Assembly (NCBI GenBank): GCA_963790305.1
Contig: CAWBOC010000009.1
Location: 576,001 to 640,000 of the forward strand
Direction: 5' to 3'
DNA from: an uncultured Gemmatimonadaceae bacterium
Lineage (GTDB): Bacteria; Gemmatimonadota; Gemmatimonadetes; Gemmatimonadales; Gemmatimonadaceae
Length of the DNA: 64,000 nt
Below, piece after piece: positions 21,301-31,797 of the stretch (position 1 is the stretch's first letter; every line of letters starts with the position of its first letter). The notes under the pieces were generated by a model that ran no database searches, had not been told where the DNA came from, and was given only the letters and a program-made list of their open reading frames with translations. Both the position numbers and the translations under genes were made by a program.

Positions 21301-21718
21301 GCGCCACCGTGAACGGCAGCTTGATTTGCTGCGTCTCGGCGGTCACGCCCGTCACGACGACTTCGCTCAGGCGTGCGATGTCGGTCTCGAGGTCGAAGTT
21401 CAGCGTCTGCGTTCCCGCCGACACCGTGAGGGGCTGCGACTCCGGACGGAACCCGACTGCGCGCGCGCGGAGCGCGACGCTCTGCCCGGTTACGCGCGCG
21501 GTCGGAATGGTGATCGTGTAGGTCCCTGCTTCGTTCGTCGCCACGGAAATGTTGAGTTCCGTGATGTACACGTTGGCGCCGTACAAGGGCTGCCCGCGGT
21601 CGGACATCACGCGTCCAGTCACCACGGCGTTCTGTGCCAATGCGGACGATGCAACCCCGGCCACGAGGGTGGCGATCGCCAGCATCGAGATCGTTCGGCT
21701 CCGTGTCACTCGCGTCAT
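18350..21718 (-). CDS. SusC/RagA-family TonB-dependent receptor
   Basis: Start probably ATG 21718 (GAGG RBS). DIESVEVVKGAAAASLYGARAGAGVI, VEDGSYMKLRE, GFDPEV and terminal Phe. Confidence 0.93.
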   Translation of the reverse strand: MTRVTRSRTISMLAIATLVAGVASSALAQNAVVTGRVMSDRGQPLYGANVYITELNISVATNEAGTYTITIPTARVTGQSVALRARAVGFRPESQPLTVSAGTQTLNFDLETDIARLSEVVVTGVTAETQQIKLPFTVARVDTLQMPVTASNPLTQLQGKIPGASIVSASGRPGEAPAVVLRGPVSINGTGRSQNPLFIIDGVVLQGDLPDINPNDIESVEVVKGAAAASLYGARAGAGVINITTKTGKNAPEGLRFGVRSEFGAGDIEREYPLAQTHFLAMDPRGRLFCSNENVGASPCGRYVELMEEARRINDQGEDFSLPPTRIRNDGGIAQAPTYDQLTGTFQVNPWPTITDPVAQVVTPSAFANTNLDLRGRVGTTGVYASVSNLTQQGAVKFLNGYTRNSARVNLDHSFNERLTASMTTYYSQSKEDAAHLDQTTGQLWFNLSRMPWYVRLTDRDQFGRLYIRPNILNQGEQNFNPLYAAENNKREDRGTRFLGGMTLRYNPLEWVTLDGNFSYDRSTGNFTQFRDRGYRVTTSNPTFSAGFINEGAFDTEAYNTSFSATARRTLLPDLAATFTARTVYSQSTASQDSLQGADIIVPGLETADAAQLNFLISSANQTIRELAFYGGADFDYKDRYILGGVIRRDGSSLFGEGNRWATFGRVSAAWIASLEPWWPLAEQLSLFKLRYSRGTTGQRPSFAAQYETFTIGTGGTLNPATLGNKDLKPEINTETEVGADIEFFGRAVLNVSYAHSVIDDQILSVRPPTATGFQLQWQNAGQLTNKTWEAALTVPILNGRDFTWSTRLIWDRTRSQITRLDAPPFTGVYHPAAIGQNPFSIYNFREGEMLGTFYGQDFVRSCSQLPAPFRTDCGTATSSFRPNDQGWIVWVGQGNQMSEGITKNLWRTQLTSGPWGAASNWGMPIVLRDSTGNIATVPLGNGMPDYHIGISQNFSYKKFTAYALLDGAFGQEVWNIGYHWSLGDFMTADQNQAGQSVETAKPIGYWWRRGTAPVGGSSGVGGFYDALNPNSFSVEDGSYMKLREVTVNYHLGDVGGVGDFTIGVIGRNLKTWTDFRGFDPEVGVGDAQGRTGPLNSAALSAVAGYRFPNLRTYTFRISTSF

Positions 21719-22063
21719 CGCTACCTCAAAGGGTGGTATTGGAAACCGCAATGCGTTGGTCGGCGCGCCGTGCCCGGACGTTCGGTTGCGCGCGCTCAGG
21801 GTCACTGACGACACTGGGATGGGAGAGCCTCCTCGGGGTTGAGGTGGTGCGCACGCACCCCGAAGCGCACGGCACGGTGCGCTCCGCGTGCTACGTGCGT
21901 ACTGGTTAGGTCAATACGCCGTGAGTCGCGCGTTAGGGTGCGGCGCCTACTCTGCGAGTGCTGACAAGTGAGCGCAAGAAATTGCATAAAGACTTACATG
22001 TGCGAAGAGAATGTGAGGGACGAAGCGCACGTTACACGGGACGGACATGCGCCAGGTAAGCGC

Positions 22064-22201
22064 ACGGCAAAGACGTCAGAATGTCCGAATTCAGAATGTC
22101 AGATTTCAGACAAACGAAAAGGGGAGCCAGTGTTGGCTCCCCTTTCTCTGATCGTTGCTGAAAGCTGAATTCTGCAGTCTGAGATCTGACGTCGTTGCCG
22201 T
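22064..22201. repeat. Long intergenic inverted repeat of ~7-nt TCAGA/TCTGA units around a central terminator-like hairpin
   Basis: ACGGCAA-A-GACGTCAGA ... TCTGACGTC-G-TTGCCGT arms. Centre AAAGGGGAGCCA-GTGT-TGGCTCCCCTTT. Confidence 0.7.
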
Positions 22202-22211
22202 TCCCCACGCG

Positions 22212-23411
22212 TCATGGATCTCGCTTCGTCATCTCACTCTGCCGCTGGCCATTGGCCCGCTCCGGCGCGGCGAACGTGAAAGGCTGGTGGAGCAGCTGGC
22301 GCACGCGGCGACCACCCCGACGCGCCGGCGTATACGACGCGCGCACCAGGGCCGTGCGCACCGCCTCACTGAACAGCGGATGCGTCGAGGATACGATGCT
22401 GAAGGTGCCCTCTTCCACCCTTCCGAGCGTGTCGACGACGTACTCGGCGATCACCAGTCCCGGGACGGCCTCGGCGAACAGGGTGGGCGGATACTCAATG
22501 CGTAGTGCCGTCGGGTCCAGGAGCCCCGCCGTCGTATCGACGTGATCGGCGGTGAACACCTCCAGCGATGAGACGAGCGCTTCGACTTCCGCCGAGGTGC
22601 CGATCCGCTCTGCCGGCGCATCCATGTCCGTGCTCCGCGACCAGAGCAGGATCGTTCCGCAACTGGACGTCGTCCGCTGCTGGATGTATCGCAGCGGCGG
22701 GGTCGTAGAGCCAAGGTAGAGCTCGATCCCTTCGAACGAGTGTGGCGCGAAGCTGTCGAGATCCACCTCACCCGCAGGCATCGGAAATCCATCGAGCCAC
22801 ACGAGCGGCCAGCACGTGCGACCGCGCATGCGCACCCCCGTCGCGCCTGCACGGCCCTTCACCACGGTGACTCCGGGAACGCGCTGCAGGAGGTGCGTCA
22901 TCGATCGTGGCGCATCGACCTCGAGCTCGCGCAGCGTGATGAAGTGTCCCGCCGTACGCCGCTCGAGACGCTCGTAGAATCCCGCCAGCCGCGCCTGATG
23001 CTTCACCTTGCTCGCGCGCACGACGACCGGCGAGAGCGCCGCAACGACACGCGACAGCTTGAAGGTCACCGCGGCATCGGGCGACGAGGGCACCTGGAGA
23101 TCGACGCTGTCCGGACGAAAGCCGAGCCGGCGCACCCGCACCATCAATGCGCCAACGGGAACGCGATCGAGCCGAAAGATTCCGCGCGCATCGCTGATCG
23201 CCATCGTCCCGAGCCCGCGCACGGAGATCTGCGCGCCGGCAATGGGAGTGCCCTGCACGTCGGTAATCGTCCCCGCGACCACACCCTGCCCCTGCCCACG
23301 CGCAACCGCGACGGTCGCGATGACCATCGCCGCACCGACGACCGTGCGCGCCGCGGCTCTCTCGACTGCGACCGACATCGTCGAAAAGGATAGGACGAGA
23401 GTCCGACGCAC
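22212..23411 (-). CDS. Carboxypeptidase-regulatory-like + plug + TonB C-terminal domain protein
   Basis: Signal-like N-terminus (alternative start 23378), GTITD...VRRLGF, plug-like WLDG...EGIELY...CGTILLWSR and TonB-C YP...YVVDTLG...GRRVRQ...PFTF. Confidence 0.8.
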   Translation of the reverse strand: MRRTLVLSFSTMSVAVERAAARTVVGAAMVIATVAVARGQGQGVVAGTITDVQGTPIAGAQISVRGLGTMAISDARGIFRLDRVPVGALMVRVRRLGFRPDSVDLQVPSSPDAAVTFKLSRVVAALSPVVVRASKVKHQARLAGFYERLERRTAGHFITLRELEVDAPRSMTHLLQRVPGVTVVKGRAGATGVRMRGRTCWPLVWLDGFPMPAGEVDLDSFAPHSFEGIELYLGSTTPPLRYIQQRTTSSCGTILLWSRSTDMDAPAERIGTSAEVEALVSSLEVFTADHVDTTAGLLDPTALRIEYPPTLFAEAVPGLVIAEYVVDTLGRVEEGTFSIVSSTHPLFSEAVRTALVRASYTPARRGGRRVRQLLHQPFTFAAPERANGQRQSEMTKRDP

Positions 23412-23429
23412 ACAATGACGGGATGCACC

Positions 23430-23461
23430 GCGGGCCCCGCGTCACGTGACGCGGGGCCCGC
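23430..23461. terminator. Perfect 32-nt palindrome after atpC
   Basis: GCGGGCCCCGCGTCACGTGACGCGGGGCCCGC. Confidence 0.6.
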
Positions 23462-23489
23462 AGAAGTTCAGGAGAAAAACGCGCCGGAC

Positions 23490-23741
23490 TCAGCTCGCGG
23501 CGGCTTTCTCTGTGACGACCCGCACGTGGTTGTCCACGACCTGCAGAAAGCCCCCTTCGACGGTGAAACGGCGCTCTCCGCCACTCTCGCTGACGCGAAG
23601 GGTACCGCGCCCCAGGAGCGCCATCATCGGCGCGTGCCCGGTGAGAATGCCGACTTCGCCGTCGTACGCCGGCGCGACCACCTGGGTCGCGTCGCCGTCG
23701 AAGAGCGTGCGCTCCGGCGAGATGACCGAGACCTTGAGCAT
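23490..23741 (-). CDS. atpC: F1 ATP synthase epsilon subunit (short form)
   Basis: VISPER...GEVGILTGHAP...VEGGFL; immediately after atpD. Confidence 0.93.
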   Translation of the reverse strand: MLKVSVISPERTLFDGDATQVVAPAYDGEVGILTGHAPMMALLGRGTLRVSESGGERRFTVEGGFLQVVDNHVRVVTEKAAAS

Positions 23742-23744
23742 GCC

Positions 23745-25214
<1,470 letters not shown>

Positions 25215-25217
<3 letters not shown>

Positions 25218-26090
25218 TCCTTTGAGTGCCTCCGCCCCGCCTACGATCTCCGCGATCTCTTGCGTGATCTGCGCCTGGCGAGCGCGGTTGTACGTACGCC
25301 GCAGAATGTTGAGCATGTCCCCGGCGTTGTCGGTTGCGTTTTTCATCGCGGTGCGGCGGGCGCCCTGCTCTCCCGCCACCGTCTCGACCAGAGCGCGGTA
25401 CACGGCATTCCGGACGTAGAGTGGGAGCAGCTCCGAGAGAATCGCCTCCGCCGACGGCAGGAGGATGTAGTCGCGCGCCGGGCCTTTCCGCTCGGGCGGC
25501 GTGACGGGCAGGACCATCTCGGATACCGGCGGCGTGGAGATCGCCGAGTTGAACTTCGCGTACACCACGTACACCGCGTCGAGCCGCTCGGCGATGAAGT
25601 CGCCCATCAAGTCCTGCACGAGCTCGGTTGCGTGGTCGGCGGTCGGTCGATCGCCAATGTCGGTTCGCATCGACGCCAGCTGACGACCGGCGTAGCGGAA
25701 GAATCCGATTCCCTTGCGGCCCACGACGTGAACATCGACCGCCGTCCCTTCGCGCTCCAGGCGGTCGATGAGCGTTCGCGCCTCACGAATCAGATTGGAG
25801 TTGAACGCCCCGGCCAGTCCACGGTTGGACGTCAGCAGAAGGACGGCCGCGCGTCCGCCCGACTGTCGAGCCGCGGCAGGCTGGCGCAGCAATGGAAAGC
25901 GCTCGGCAAGCTCGGGCGTGTACAGGTCGGCGATGACCTGCGCCAGCGATTTCGCGTACGGACGCGCCGCGACGACGCGGTCCTGCGAGCGCTTGAGCTT
26001 GGACGTCGCCACCATTTCCATGGTGCGCGTGATCTTGCGCGTCCCTTCGACGGACTTGATTCGTCCCTTGAGCTCGCGACCCTTGGCCAT
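25215..26090 (-). CDS. atpG: F1 ATP synthase gamma subunit
   Basis: KITRTMEMVA, RGLAGAFN and NRARQAQITQEIAEIVGGA. Confidence 0.98.
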
Positions 26091-26123
26091 GATTCCGGTC
26101 TCGGAAGTCGGTCGACGGCGTGC

Positions 26124-27749
<1,626 letters not shown>

Positions 27750-27850
27750 TGGGTAATCGCTCGAAGGTCAGGGGATTCGGCGCTTGTGAAAAATATCACA
27801 AGGCCCCCTCACGGGCAAGAAGGGCGGGTCGGATAAATCGTGCCGGGGTT

Positions 27851-28693
27851 CTATCGCCCCCCTCCCGCCCTTCTCGCGGAGGCGCGGGGGCGCCCACCAG
27901 CGCTTCGACCCCCCGCCTGCTCCTTCGCGAACCGCTCGATCACGTCCACTCCGCGCATGGCGGCGAGCGAGCTCGCACGCCTCCCGATCAGGCGCTGGGC
28001 CGTGAGCGACAGGTGGGCCGACGAGGAAAACCCGAGAATCCGCGCCACATCGGCGACGTCGTACCCGGGATTCTTCGCCAACTCGGCGGCAGAGAGCAGT
28101 CGGACGAGGTCGATGAGGCGCTTCAGGGTGGGCGCCCCGCCGGTCCCGAACGACCGGCTCAGATGCTCGCGGGTGAGTCCGAGGGATGCGGCAAGGGTGG
28201 AGGTCCGAATCGGGCGTCCACCACGTGCCACGATGAAGCGCCATGTCGCCAGGTGCAGCGCCGAGCCTAACGACAGCGACTCGGGAGGACTGTCGAGGGC
28301 GGATGCGAAACGTCCGCTGTAGCCGCGCGCGCGCAATACGGCGCGAGCGACGCCGTCGTCCACCCCTTCCACGAGCACATCCGCGAACTCGAGCTCTGCG
28401 CAGCGCGCGACCGCGGGCGCATCCGAAGGACGGAACGACGTGATGCCGAGGAACGCGATGCTGGGATACTCGAGTGCGAGCGCCGCCGCCTCGTCGCTCC
28501 CGTCAGCCCCGCCAACGTCGACGAGTGCCGCGTCGACGAGGTCCCGGCGAAACGCCTTCGAGAACTCGATGACCGTGCGCGCGAGCGCGAGATGTCCGGC
28601 CGGCTTTCCCACCAGGCGCTTCACCCAGGCCCGCGTGCGCTCTCGTGGAGCATAAGCGACCACCAGCGGCGAGGCCGCGTCGTGCACAGGCAT
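27851..28693 (-). CDS. AraC-family HTH regulator with a receiver-like N-terminal domain
   Basis: LAASLGLTREHLSRSF and VADVARILGFSSSAHL double HTH. The N-terminus resembles a degenerate receiver (AALVD). Confidence 0.75.
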   Translation of the reverse strand: MPVHDAASPLVVAYAPRERTRAWVKRLVGKPAGHLALARTVIEFSKAFRRDLVDAALVDVGGADGSDEAAALALEYPSIAFLGITSFRPSDAPAVARCAELEFADVLVEGVDDGVARAVLRARGYSGRFASALDSPPESLSLGSALHLATWRFIVARGGRPIRTSTLAASLGLTREHLSRSFGTGGAPTLKRLIDLVRLLSAAELAKNPGYDVADVARILGFSSSAHLSLTAQRLIGRRASSLAAMRGVDVIERFAKEQAGGRSAGGRPRASARRAGGGR

Positions 28694-28699
28694 GACGGG

Positions 28700-29149
28700 T
28701 CAGGGTCGCGCCGGCGCTCCCGACTCCACCATGGTAGCCGCGCGCTCGAGGACGGCGCGAGCGTTGGCATACGATATCGCCTGCATCGCGTCCGGCATCG
28801 TCGCCCAGCGGCACGCGGTGATGCCTTCCTCCCGCTGCGGGGAGGTCGCGGCCGCCGCCGACTCCATGAGGTAGAAGTGACAGACCTTGTGAATCAGTCG
28901 CCCGCGAAACCGAAAGTACCAGTCGATGGTCTCGATCTCTCCGCGCAGGGCGAGGTCGTCCAGGCCCGTCTCTTCCTGCACCTCGCGAAGAGCCGCCAGC
29001 TCCGGCGGCTCATCGACCTCGAGATGTCCCTTGGGAAATCCCCAGTTCTTGTAGCTGTCCCGGATGAGGAGATAGAGCGCGCGTCCACCCTCCATGCGGT
29101 AGACCACCCCGCCCGCCGATCGCTCCTCCTTAGCTCGCGATCGCGCCAC
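28700..29149 (-). CDS. NUDIX hydrolase (Ap4A hydrolase-like)
   Basis: SAGGVV, WGFPKGH and Nudix box G...E...AALREVQEETG. Confidence 0.9.
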   Translation of the reverse strand: MARSRAKEERSAGGVVYRMEGGRALYLLIRDSYKNWGFPKGHLEVDEPPELAALREVQEETGLDDLALRGEIETIDWYFRFRGRLIHKVCHFYLMESAAAATSPQREEGITACRWATMPDAMQAISYANARAVLERAATMVESGAPARP

Positions 29150-29903
29150 CCATCACCTCCTCCGAGCCAATGTCGAGCGTCGCACGCCCCTCGATGAATT
29201 GTCGCACGACCGGGTCCGTCGTCTGGCGAATTTCGTCGACCGACCCCACCTGCCGCACACGCCCCTCGTAGAGCATCGCAATGCGCGTTCCGACCGTGTA
29301 CGCACTGCGCATGTCGTGCGTGATGACCACGCTCGTCACGCCGAGCGTGTCGCGCATGCGAATCATGAGCTGGTCGATGACCGCACTCGTCACGGGATCC
29401 AGCCCGGTGGTCGGCTCGTCGTAGAGGATGTACTTCGGGCGGAGCGCGATCGCGCGCGCAATGCCGACTCGCTTTCGCATTCCGCCCGACAGCTCGGCCG
29501 GGAACCGGTCGCGCACGTTAGGCAGGTCGACCAGATCGAGCGCCTCGTCGATCCGTCGCTCGATCTCTCCGGCGCTGAGCTCGGACTGCTTTCGCAGCCC
29601 CATGGCGACGTTCTCCCCGATCGACAGCGAGTCGAACAGCGCCGCGAACTGAAAGACGTAGCCGATCTTGGAGCGAAGCAGGTACAGCTCGCGCCGGGTG
29701 AGCGTCGGCACCTCCTGCCCATCGACGAACACCGTGCCCCCGTCGGGCTCGAGCAGGCCGACGATGTGCTTGATCGCGACGGACTTGCCCGACCCCGAGT
29801 ATCCGATGATGACGGTCGTCTCGCTCTCGTTGACCTCGAGAGTGAAGCCGTTGAGCACGCGCTTGGGGCCGAACGCTTTGTGGACGTCGACGAGCCGGAT
29901 CAT
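29130..29903 (-). CDS. MlaF/Mkl-like ABC transporter ATP-binding protein
   Basis: GYSGSGKS, FQFAALFDS, LSGGMRKRVGIARA and YDEPTTGLDP. Confidence 0.9.
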   Translation of the reverse strand: MIRLVDVHKAFGPKRVLNGFTLEVNESETTVIIGYSGSGKSVAIKHIVGLLEPDGGTVFVDGQEVPTLTRRELYLLRSKIGYVFQFAALFDSLSIGENVAMGLRKQSELSAGEIERRIDEALDLVDLPNVRDRFPAELSGGMRKRVGIARAIALRPKYILYDEPTTGLDPVTSAVIDQLMIRMRDTLGVTSVVITHDMRSAYTVGTRIAMLYEGRVRQVGSVDEIRQTTDPVVRQFIEGRATLDIGSEEVMGGAIAS

Positions 29904-29940
29904 GGAATGAAGTTACTCGCGAGGAGAAGGCATCGCGAAT

Positions 29941-30072
29941 ACGATTGCGGAAAGCGGAATGCGGTTTGACTGCGCACGACCCTGAAATGTCGAGGGCTCC
30001 GAGCCGGAACTCGGAGCCCTCAATCACTTACGGTCTTACGCAGTCATTCCGCATTCCGCTTTCCGCAATCGT
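29941..30072. repeat. Heptamer-unit (GCGGAAW) inverted repeat enclosing a GC hairpin
   Basis: ACGATTGCGGAAAGCGGAATGCGG..TGACTGCG / CGCAGTCA-TTCCGCATTCCGCTTTCCGCAATCGT. Inner stem GAGGGCTCCGAG-CCGGAA-CTCGGAGCCCTC. Confidence 0.75.
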
Positions 30073-30075
30073 TCC

Positions 30076-30963
30076 TCAGGCCGCGAAGCTTCCCAACGCG
30101 CGGCCAACGTCGCCCTCACGCAACCGCTTGAGGGCGCGATCGCGGAGCTGGCGCACCCGCTCGCGGGTGACACCCAGCATCGAACCGATCTCCTCGAGCG
30201 TGTGCTCGCGCCCACCGTCGAGACCGAAGTACAAGCGCAGTACCTTCGCGTCACGCGGCGGCAGCGTGCCGAGCGCCTGCTCGATCTCGTCGCTGAGAAA
30301 GCGGTTCATCGCTTCCTCTTCCGCATCGGGCATCTCATCGGCCACGAAGCGCTCGATGAGCGAGCGATCGCCCTCGGGATCCATCGGCGCATCGAGACGG
30401 ACGTCGCCCGTGTTGAGTGCGGCGAGCGACTGCACGACTTCCACCGACAACCCCGTCACATGCGACAGCTCTTCAGGGCTCGGCTCGCGACGCAGCCGCT
30501 GCCGAAGAATCTCCGACGCCTTGATGATGCGCGAGAGATCGGCGGTGCGGTTGAGTGGCACGCGCACGGTGCGCCCCTGCCGCGCGAGCGACGACAGGAT
30601 GGCCTGACGAATCCACCACACCGCGTACGAGATGAACTTCACCCCCTGGTCGGGGTCGAACTTCCGGGCCGCGGTGAGCAGCCCGACGTTCCCCTCCCCG
30701 ATCAGGTCGATGAGTGGCAGCCCGCGATTCTGATACTTCTTGGCGACGGAGATCACGAAGCGAAGATTCCGCTTCACGAGCTCCTGAAGCGCGTCCTGGT
30801 CACCGGCGCGAATCCTCCGCGCGACCAGCTGCTCCTCGTTGCCCTTGAGCAACGGGTAGGTGCTGACCTCGTAGAGATACTGATCCAGAATGTCGCGCTC
30901 GGGCTCGTTTGGAGCGATCCCAGCCGGGACGGCGCGCCGACGGCGACGCTTGACCTCGGTCAT
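30076..30963 (-). CDS. RNA polymerase sigma-70 factor, RpoD/RpoS type, lacking region 1.1
   Basis: NLRFVISVAKKY, DLIGEGNVGL, FISYAVWWIRQAI and TLEEIG...VTRERVRQL. Confidence 0.93.
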   Translation of the reverse strand: MTEVKRRRRRAVPAGIAPNEPERDILDQYLYEVSTYPLLKGNEEQLVARRIRAGDQDALQELVKRNLRFVISVAKKYQNRGLPLIDLIGEGNVGLLTAARKFDPDQGVKFISYAVWWIRQAILSSLARQGRTVRVPLNRTADLSRIIKASEILRQRLRREPSPEELSHVTGLSVEVVQSLAALNTGDVRLDAPMDPEGDRSLIERFVADEMPDAEEEAMNRFLSDEIEQALGTLPPRDAKVLRLYFGLDGGREHTLEEIGSMLGVTRERVRQLRDRALKRLREGDVGRALGSFAA

Positions 30964-31119
30964 GTTCGAAAAACCTCGAGAGTGCTATAGGGCCAGTGGC
31001 GAAATACTCGCCACGTGACGGAAAATTTCGGTGCGCCACCACACAAAACATCACACAGTGGGGCCGGTCAAAGGCGCTGCAAGATACAGAGCTACGCCGA
31101 TTTCGCTAGTCCTGTTTCA

Positions 31120-31149
31120 TTGACATTCGACCATACCCCCCGCTACAGT
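31120..31149 (+). promoter_or_regulatory. Promoter of the tRNA cluster, TTGACA-18-TACAGT
   Basis: Consensus -35, with the -10 about 28 nt before tRNA-Ala. Confidence 0.6.
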
Positions 31150-31177
31150 TAACGGTTCCAGCCGGTGGACTAGTTCC

Positions 31178-31250
31178 GGGGGCGTAGCTCAGTTGGGAGA
31201 GCGCGTGAATGGCATTCACGAGGTCAGGGGTTCGATTCCCCTCGCCTCCA
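31178..31250 (+). tRNA. tRNA-Ala(GGC)
   Basis: Cloverleaf with G3:U70 pair, anticodon arm CGTGA-ATGGCAT-TCACG and GGTTCGA T-loop. Confidence 0.95.
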
Positions 31251-31293
31251 CTCGGCGGCCGATCCGCGCAGGTCGCTGATCGGCTGTGTCGTC

Positions 31294-31366
31294 GCGGGAA
31301 TAGCTCAGTTGGTAGAGCACAACCTTGCCAAGGTTGGGGTCGCGGGTTCGAGTCCCGTTTCCCGCT
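31294..31366 (+). tRNA. tRNA-Gly(GCC)
   Basis: GCGGGAATAGCTCAG...CAACC-TTGCCAA-GGTTG...TTCCCGCT. Confidence 0.96.
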
Positions 31367-31390
31367 CTGGCGCCGCGCTGCGCACGGCGC

Positions 31391-31505
31391 AGGATCTCGT
31401 GGTCAGGACTCCGGGCTCAGGGGGGTGTGGGAGGTAGGTGACGACGGCCCCGACCCCTTGAACCTCAAACCCCCTGCTACCTTAACTCCTGATTCCTGAT
31501 CCCGG
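31391..31505. repeat. Degenerate TCAGG/CCTGA heptamer inverted repeat between tRNA-Gly and tRNA-Val
   Basis: GTCAGGACTCCGGGCTCAGGGG ... CCCCTGCTACCTTAACTCCTGATTCCTGATCCCG. Confidence 0.5.
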
Positions 31506-31512
31506 TTTCACA

Positions 31513-31586
31513 GGGCGGTTAGCTCAGTTGGTTAGAGCGCCACGTTGACATCGTGGAGGTCACAAGTTCGAGTCTTGTACCGCCCA
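31513..31586 (+). tRNA. tRNA-Val(GAC)
   Basis: GGGCGGTTAGCTCAG...CCACG-TTGACAT-CGTGG...ACCGCCCA. Confidence 0.95.
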
Positions 31587-31588
31587 TT

Positions 31589-31616
31589 CCCCGCGGCTCA
31601 GCCGCGGGGTTTTTTG
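31589..31616 (+). terminator. Intrinsic terminator after the tRNA cluster
   Basis: CCCCGCGGC-TCA-GCCGCGGGG followed by a T-run. Confidence 0.85.
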
Positions 31617-31797
31617 TGCCCGCCACCCGCCACGCCGCCCCCCCCCCGCTGGCCTAACGCAGACGCCGTTCGTTTCCCAAATGCTGAACGGCGCACGATT
31701 TGCGCATTTGGTGACCAATACGCCGGGGGTCCGACGCCGGCCTCGTCTCCGCAACGCAAAGGCTCATGGACGCACGGAAACCCGCACCCCGCGTACG

